This document shows, piece by piece, positions 9,702-16,887 of a DNA stretch of 16,887 bases; position 1 is the stretch's first letter; each line of letters starts with the position of its first letter. The notes beneath the pieces were generated by a model. The model made no database searches and was not told where the DNA came from. It saw only the letters and a list, made by a program, of their open reading frames with translations. Position numbers and translations under genes: made by a program. Source of the DNA: Azolla caroliniana (Eukaryota > Plantae > Polypodiophyta); the NCBI GenBank assembly GCA_043228905.1, contig JBHGNT010000715.1, positions 1 through 16,887 on the forward strand. The letters run 5' to 3'.

Positions 9702-10271
9702 CAATCCCGCTTGAGCTTGGGAGTCGGCACTTGAATTTATGCGTGATTGAGCACGTTCTCAAAATATGCATCAACGTCCGCGCGCGATCCATCATCGAGA
9801 GTTGCACATCTTGAATCTGAATTAATCAGTTGGCGCCGACGAAGGGCACGAGTGACGGACGGCATCACGGCATGGCGCGAGAGAGTCGGTGAGCCGAATG
9901 GATGCCCCGTGCCCTCCGGCCGTGCCGACCTGCGACGTGACGCTCCCGCTCCGACAACCGACTAGTGGGCAAACAAACGCAAGGCGGACTCGCCATCTCG
10001 GATTCTGGCCGAAAGTGAAACCCTAGCGACATTTGCAAGCCACATGTCAGACGGCAGAGAATGCGCAGGAGAGCAGATCCGTGTGCATGATGCATGAGTG
10101 TACCTGTGGTATTGTCCAGCGGGGGCATACAAAAAGGCTACAGGAGAGATAGTTGCGCGTCCGAGCGCTGCTCTTCCTTCGATCTCATCGCCCTCCCACT
10201 CGCCCTCGCACATCCTCCAGCAGGAAACATGCCACCTAGGACCAATCCCGACTTGAGCTAGAGTCGGCACT
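9702..10271 (+). repeat. Imperfect dispersed direct repeat of 29-30 nt (copies at 9702-9731 and 10243-10271)
   Basis: caatcccg-cttgagct-tgg-gagtcggcact versus caatcccg-a-cttgagct-a-gagtcggcact: identical blocks of 8, 8 and 11 nt. Confidence 0.8.
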
Positions 10272-12007
10272 GTTGCTGCTTCGCTCTGCACATCCACTGC
10301 TGCTGCCGCTCTCATCGGTCACGCTGCCAGAGCTCTGCAGCTCTATCGGCGACATGGGCTCCTCCTTTTCCTTCACCACCTCCAGCGTGGAGAATCTCCT
10401 GCCCGCCTTGGCCGAGCGCAGGACGCTCAAACCCCAACTACTCGGTTGAGACTCTTGCGCCTCTTCGCTTGAATCCATGCTTGTGCGCGTTGCGATGGGT
10501 CTGTAGGCATTGGCTCCACCCACAGCATATGGGCCAGGTCGACAGAGTAACCTGTCGATGCCTCGTGTCGTGCCCTCACGCTCAAAGGTGGCATCGAGAC
10601 GACGAAGCACAAAGTGCGCCATAATGGAAAAGTAGAGCAGTGATAGACCACTGTAGGCGAGAGGGCGTGAGGTGTGTCAGTGAGTCAGATTCGACGATGG
10701 CATGCTTGAGCCTTTCACTCACGAGCCAGCCACTAGGTCGATGGCGTAGTGATGATGTTCGTACATGGTACTCCAGAACTGAAGGGTGCAGTGTGAGTGC
10801 ACTGTCAGACTCATCTGAGATGCACGTTTCACTCACCATGAAGGAACAGTAGATGAGGGAGAAGGCCATTCCCCATCGACCGCCGTATCTGGCGACGAAG
10901 AAGCACGTACACGTCGCAGTAGCAGCGTGCAGGCTGGGTACTGTGAGTGGCAAGAGGAACAAAAGGTCAGAAGGTATGCTTGGTGTCCATGTGGCAGCGC
11001 CATCACTCACAAGCTCCAAAGACTACGGGACTCTTGCGAAAGGCTTTGGTGTAGAGGTGCGTTCCCAGCACGGCATCGACTCTCACAAGGCCAGCCGCTG
11101 ACCCTGGGAAGTTGTAGTCGGGCACGACAGAGGCATCATAGGTGTCCTTGTACCAAGGCGCCGCGTTGGGGAAGAGAATGTGGATGGTCAGACCTGTAAG
11201 GTTCTGCAGGCCCAGGCACCAGCCGTAGGCCAACGCAGCACTCGGCGCTCCAAAGCCCCAGATCCACCAACCCGCGACGAACGGCGAGGCAAAGTGAGCC
11301 ACCCCGTAGAAGAGCCATGCAAGTACATCCTGAAAGGCATTCCACGTCGTGCCCAATGCGACGGCGTTTAGGAACTTGAGCCAGACGGGGAAGAGCAACA
11401 CTGCCCAGGCCGAACGTGTCGTGCCGTTGGAGCGATCCCGCAGCAGCAGGGCCAGTGGAACGAGGGCAATAGTGAAGAAGAGGACGCCTGTGGGCGAAAG
11501 GAGAGCATGCTCTAACCGCGGAAGCAGGAGCGTGTTGATCTGCGAGCCGAGGCGGAGGAGGTGGTCAGTAAGACACAGGCTGCGACGCAATTGGAGGCTG
11601 ACGGGGCCTCCGCCATGCTACGGAGTACAGTGTATGCGCCTCGAAGTGGACGCTTTGGAGGCGGCACGCACTTCCAGTTCACAAATCCCTTGGGCTCTTG
11701 CAACGTCAAGCGAGCTACTAGTCGACCATCGTCCAACTGCTCGCTCCCTTCCTCAGCCCTCTTCATTACTCACCTTGGGTCTCCATTCATCGGGTAACCT
11801 TCTTGCCATCTTGAAGCTAAGAGTCCAGACTACTGGCGGCGCAATGCCAAAGATCAAGCCGCTGAACCATCGCAGGTAACCCTTGCCGTTGAGGATGACG
11901 TCGTGACAGTGAAGCAAGAGGGAGCCGAATGCTCGTAATTGGCCTGTCACTGCCAGGGCTAGCAGGGCGACAAGGACGATGCCAGCGATGAAGAGGAACA
12001 CGCTCAT
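10236..12007 (-). CDS. AUR1/IPT1-family inositol-phosphoceramide synthase-like membrane protein (PAP2/LPT superfamily), 445 aa, 5 exons
   Basis: Exons 12007-11774, 11539-11011, 10940-10837, 10778-10723, 10650-10236, in phase. Multiple hydrophobic segments. Aur1-type motifs YGVAHFASPF, FPNAAPWY, GSAAGLVRVD, SPVVFGALPSLH and WSTMYEHHHYAIDL, retaining the His/His/Asp catalytic triad. Orthology to AUR1 versus a paralogue is not resolved. Confidence 0.9.
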
Positions 12008-13720
12008 GCTCCAGGAAGTAGAGCAGACGCGGGACTGTAGATAAGCGGAGGAGGAGCGAGATTACTGAAGGTGTGGTGGATGCCTTGATGACGCTTGAGG
12101 CGGCAGCAGGATAAGCTGGAGCGTTGGAGTGGAGGAACGCTGTTGCGAGGAGAGCTTTGAAGAGGAACACGAGATAGTTTCGGGGGACGACGGAAATGCA
12201 ATGCCAGGATCAGAAGAGGGGTGAAGGGAGATGCGATAGGAGGAAACCTTTGGGTTGGGTACGATGATGTGCAAGATTGAGTGAGATCAACGAGGAGGAG
12301 CCTTTCCGGAGCGTCAACTTTGACCTCGACGGGCCAGCATCTCCGGCAGGTCCAACCAAACCCTTCCTCTGCTCCTGCGCCTGTCATTTCACCTTTGCGT
12401 GCGACCCCCCACGTAACAAACACCACACCATCCACAGGCACAGCTCCTTTCCATCCACTTGTACCCACAATCCCACCACTCATGCAGGCTGCTGGTGCCC
12501 TGGGAATGCAAAGTAGCCCATCTTGATGTTGATGGCGGGCTTCAATACATGACTTGTACACCTCACACGATCAACTCAATCAAGTGCAACACTGAACCAG
12601 GTCGTGTGATGCAGTGATCAATCCCAGCGCGCGGCCGAACAAGAACGCACACTTACGACAGCGCAAAAGCCTTGGCGCGGCGCACACGGCACATCGCCCC
12701 TCTCGCAAAGAGGCCGAAGCGGTTTGACCCTGCACAATCTCTTTGCCCTTTCTCGTGCGAACCGGCGGATCGAGTGAACTTGTATTTTTGCTCTCGATGG
12801 GTCATTCCGACACTGTTGCGATGAACAACACCTCATCGAGCATCATATTCCTCCGGCCCCAAATAAGTGTGCTGTTTTGTGTGTGTAGACTGTGCTAGAC
12901 TGCTAGGCCCTTTCCGAAAAATAGATTGTGGGACTTTCTTGCTTTCATGGCTTGGCGGCATTCAAAAAGAGCGATCGGACCTTCGAAGTTCCGATGTGTC
13001 ATCTCTTGCATTTGCGCAAAGTCCTGTCCTGCATCGGTACGCGAGCGCCGGGAAGGTCGACTTTTTAATTGCGACGTGAACAATTGGCCACTGACCAGAC
13101 GTGAAGTGGCCTTCCGTATTCGTCCCTCCGCCTTTGCGAGAGCTTGTTGCAAAGCTTCACACTTTGATCACAGACTCTTCATTCGACCGAGCGGCAGCGG
13201 CACTGCTGCGCGCCATCGACAGATCTACGGGCTCAGCGCTCTCCGAATCTTCGACGGTCCGATGCCTATGGCATGGCTACTGCATGGCTGTTGGTTGATT
13301 CGACGCAAACGCATGCAGGTTATTCTCGAACGCGAGAGGCCGATGATGATGGATCGAGAATCGACAGTCTGAATCTGTCCGTTCGAGAACGATCCATCAA
13401 TCTTGCCTACATTCAGCCTGTGGCCACAGTCAACCATCAGCAACGAACTGGTTCAAGATTAAGGCCTCTACCGCCTCTTGAGGCTTGAGAACAGGCACCG
13501 ACAGGGAGAGGCTATTCACAAGTGAGGCACCGATGGGGCCGTGCGCCTCGGCAGGCATCGGCCGCACAGGGCGAATGAGCCAACTGCCGATCCCTCCACA
13601 CGTTCTGGCGGAAGTTGAACTCGTACTGCTGAAAGCTTGATCGCTCGTGCTGTAACGTGTTCATTCATTCTCTCACCTTCTGCCTCTCAACCTCCATCTA
13701 CTCCAGGCAAGCGCAACAAG

Positions 13721-14810
13721 ATGACTTCAACTCCACCCAAGTTCTGCGTTAACTGTGTCAGCGGCGATGTGATTCCCGGGGAGCCAAAGGGAACGATGCA
13801 GAAGGTCGGACCTTACGACACCTACGTCGCTACGCCTGCATCCTTGGCCTCGGGCGCCGAGAGCAAGGCCATCATCTACTTTTACGATGCTTTTGGCCTG
13901 AACCTCAAGAACAACAAGCTTTTACCAGACATTCTGGCTGACAGGACTGGTATCCCAGTATACGTTCCTGACGTAAGTGAAGGGTGATTTGTTGCAGAGT
14001 TTTACCAGCACTCATTTTTGCCTCAATCGCCACGTAGATGTTCGAGGGCGGAGGAGTTGCAGTCGATGGACTCGGCAAGGTTCCTCGGTCAAACAAGGAG
14101 GCTGCTGCACAGAGTTTGCTTGAGAAGGCAAGCACGGTACTCAAGTTGGCAACGGTCGTTCCCTTCTTCCTCAAGCACCGTCATGCTACCAAGTACGCCA
14201 AGATTGATGCCTTCATTGCTGCTCTCAAGCAAGAGAAGAACGTCACCTCTATTGGCGCCGTTGGCTATTGCTACGGTGGTAAGTTGGCACTTCTGTACAA
14301 CACGCGTGGATTGGTAGATGTTTCCGTCGCATGTCACCCTTCGGTAGTCAGCATCAAGGAGGACGTGGCACTTCTCAAGGGACCCACCTTCTTCGCATGC
14401 ACAGAATACGATCTCATATTCCCTGAGAGTATGCGTAAGCAGGCCGAGGAGGCACTCAAGAAACGCAGTGATGCTCCACCTCACGAGTTTAAGACATGGG
14501 AGAACACTGTTCATGGCAGCTACGCCAGGCCCATGCTGGACGACCCTCTTGTCAAGAAGGCCTTCGAGGAGGTGAGTTTCAACCCTGCAAGAGCTCGCAC
14601 TTCCCCTCAGACAGCCGACCATCATTGCTCGACCTCTCACAGGCCACCGATGCGACTGCCTCGTGGTTCAGAAAGTATCTGCTTTCCAGCGCCACGTCTA
14701 GCGCTCCGGCGCCCGCCTCCTCGCAACCAGAGGAGGTAGCTGCACCAAAGCCTTCAGAGCCAGAGGCAGCAGCTGCAGCACCCACCACACAGGCACCTGT
14801 GGTCGTTTGA
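13721..14810 (+). CDS. Dienelactone hydrolase family alpha/beta hydrolase (Aim2-like), 317 aa, 3 exons
   Basis: Exons 13721-13972, 14038-14571, 14643-14810, in phase. Motifs IIYFYDAFG, VYVPDMF, nucleophile elbow GAVGYCYGG (Cys), ACHPS, CTEYDLIFP (Asp) and VHGSYAR (His); Ala/Pro/Glu-rich C-terminal tail. Confidence 0.93.
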
Positions 14811-15053
14811 ACGCAGTCTCTGTGCTGCCGAAGGGATCTTCTTTGCTTCTGAATGTCGCTGGAAGCTCTCCTCTGCCTTTTCCCTTGACTTCACACCACG
14901 AGCGTCTCAGGCTCAAGCCTTTATCTTATACCTCTCGCTTTAGCTTTCAGTACGATCATATTTAAGCTAGCATGTCCCCATCTGTTGCAAACTGCGTCCT
15001 TTGCGCATCAATTACGAGCTCAGCTATCCACACACGGTCCAGCGCCGTTAAGA

Positions 15054-15068
15054 GCGCGCGCGCGCGCG
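15054..15068. repeat. (GC)n dinucleotide run, 15 nt
   Basis: gcgcgcgcgcgcgcg seen directly. Confidence 0.9.
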
Positions 15069-16034
15069 ATCAGCCGCTCACGTTCCTTCCTTTTCGAGCA
15101 CGATCCATTCACCCGCACTGACCGAGCGACAGACCATCAACTCATACGTTGATGCATTGATCTTTTGCTGGCCCAAAATCTCATTGGCCTCGCATTATCT
15201 CGTCCGTTGCTACGCTTGGCCTCGACATACAACCTTGCGTGCACCTTCTCGAAGTAGGCGTTGAGCCTGTCCCGGCGAGCCTTGTTCGTTCCAAGGATCT
15301 TCGACGACTGGCTGAGGCAGCCCTGTACTCGGCCCACTCAAGTCTGCCAAAGCTCACCGATCGTCTATGAAAAGTCGTCGAGGGCGCTTGGAACGAGGTT
15401 CGTCGGAGCGAGACCATCGCATACATTGATTGTCTTTGACAGTGTGGACACAATGTATGCCAAAGTCAGGTGTCGTGATGAAGATGAGACAACGTATGGG
15501 GCGATGAAAAGCGTTATTCAGCAAGAGTCCAATGCAGTGGCTGTCTGAGTCTGTTGCTCTGCCAGTCGGGATAAGTGCGAAGTTTCACCCAGCATCGCTC
15601 CTCATCAAACGCACTACAAGTCGCGAGAGAGCATATCGTAAGAAGGAGCCCTTCCATGTATTGCAGCCTCGCACAGAGTCATGTAGGGACCCAAGCCATG
15701 CCAAGGAAGAAAGGTGACGTAACAGTGTAGCGGACAAGCATGGTGTGTATAGCGGAGACATAGAAACAGCTGTAGCGTGAGAGAGGTGCAAGGCAGGGAA
15801 TTCCCTCGATGGAGCCTCGAGAGATGCGAGACCGGCGAGGCCCAAAGGATGTACCATTGAAGAGAATGTGTGAGTGAAGGAATCGATGATGATGAGTAGC
15901 GTGTCCTCCTAGCGGGTGCATCCGTATGAACAGAACCTAAAGTTGAAAGAGGACGCCGCGCAAGCGACGTCGGGAATCATGGGAAGTGCGAGAGTGATGA
16001 GAAGCCTTGGGGCATAGTGCAAAGTGCTGGAACT

Positions 16035-16887
16035 TTAGGTTGTAGAGGTTGTAGACGACGAGGATATCGGGGCGGCATCTGGGCCTTCCGTGGTGCTCAG
16101 TAGCTTCGAAGGTGGCGGCGTGGGTAGACCTGCTTCATTGACAGCGGCTGTTGGAGCTACCGAGCCTTTGTGTGCAACCGCAGTCGGTGGGGCGGGTGAT
16201 CTGGGCGGTGAAATGACCTTGGCCTTCAATCTAGGACTCGTTTGTGCGCTAGGACTTGGGCTGCCTGCATCTGAGCTCTTGCGTCGCGGAGTTTGACGCG
16301 AAGGCCGTCGACTGGTGCTCGGTGAAGCAGGGTCTGCTTGCGCTCCAGCTGTATCACCGGCAGCTGAACTGTCCACACTGACCCCACTGGCAGACTTGCG
16401 ACTAGGTGTTGTCTTGCTGCGTCTGATACCCGCGGCCACAGCTGCGACGGCAGCAACCGGGGCATTCGCCTCACCGCCAATGTCTTCTTCTCGTTCCTCA
16501 TGGGTCGCAGTGGCCTCGTCGTGTCGCTTGGAGAAGAGACGATGCTTGCGGCCAGGCGAGGGAGTTGCCTTGGCCGTGACACTCCGTGCAATGCGCGCAC
16601 CGCCACCTTCGTGAGCTTCCAGATTAGCAAAGTCATCGTCGTCCGAGTCACTCGGCACCATGGCGGCCTCTCCGGCCAACGCATTCGGCTGAGAAACGGC
16701 AGTCAGTTCTTCCGGCGAGACATTGGCGGGAGGCGGAGGAGAAAGGCTTAAGACAAAATGATCTTGGTGCTGAAGATGAGCGAGACCATAAATCAGTCGC
16801 TGGCCCACCGGCATATCTGTGAATCGAACTCACTTCGATTAGGAATTCGAGCACAGACACGGCGATCTTGTGCTCGTTGGCAGATTG
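16035..16887 (-). CDS. 3' end of a probable Rho GTPase-activating protein (Sac7/Bag7-like); runs off the right edge
   Basis: Exons 16887-16834 and 16769-16035 joined by a 64-nt GT-AG intron give QSANEHKIAVSVLEFLIE|HQDHFVLSL. This resembles the last helix of fungal Sac7-type RhoGAP domains (VLxFLIExQDHF) and is followed by a long disordered Ser/Pro/Ala-rich tail. The catalytic Arg finger would lie outside the window. Confidence 0.7.

Noticed and set aside
10018-10026. AAACCCTAG (also CTAACCC at 569) as a possible telomerase RNA template or telomeric seed
   Set aside because: Shorter than the ~1.5 repeats expected of a template; chance-level matches.
11349-12561. ORFs of 176, 117 and 185 aa overlapping or upstream of the AUR1-like gene
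   Set aside because: Antisense or alternative-frame shadows and pyrimidine-rich 5' leader sequence with non-ATG starts.
12780-12795. Sm-site-like TATTTTTG suggesting a snRNA
   Set aside because: None of the conserved U1, U2, U4, U5 or U6 signatures were found nearby.
14089-14640. 183-aa minus-strand ORF
   Set aside because: Antisense shadow of dienelactone hydrolase exon 2.
1-16887. Secondary-metabolite cluster or defence system (FMO, hydrolase, methyltransferase)
   Set aside because: No backbone enzyme, transporter or cluster regulator; the methyltransferase is clearly the METTL3 mRNA type, and housekeeping genes are interspersed.

Overview
Intron-rich eukaryotic DNA, almost certainly a basidiomycete fungus. 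Ustilaginomycotina/Exobasidiomycetes is an inference from GTGAGT donors, CTGAC/CTAAC-type branch sites, short introns and protein character. Hand splicing gives eight protein-coding loci: (1) the 5' part of a flavin-containing monooxygenase (-), with a 1-nt frameshift; (2) an RWD-domain GIR2/RWDD1-like gene (-); (3) a secreted CAP/PR-1 (PRY-like) protein (+); (4) a secreted, probably GPI-anchored PEBP-family protein (-); (5) an IME4/METTL3 mRNA m6A methyltransferase (+, 9 exons); (6) an AUR1/IPT1-family inositol-phosphoceramide synthase-like gene (-); (7) a dienelactone hydrolase-family gene (+); (8) the 3' end of a SAC7-like RhoGAP (-). No tRNA, rRNA, transposon or CRISPR could be supported, and I cannot honestly identify a new multi-gene system. 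The best leads are two introns about 3.5x longer than the other 24 (237 and 234 nt versus 58-73 nt), both able to fold into multi-stem structures with sense-strand G-U pairs. Other leads are a compact METTL3 with a microexon in its catalytic motif, two reading-frame anomalies, and a 29-30 nt duplicate of the end of the AUR1-like gene.
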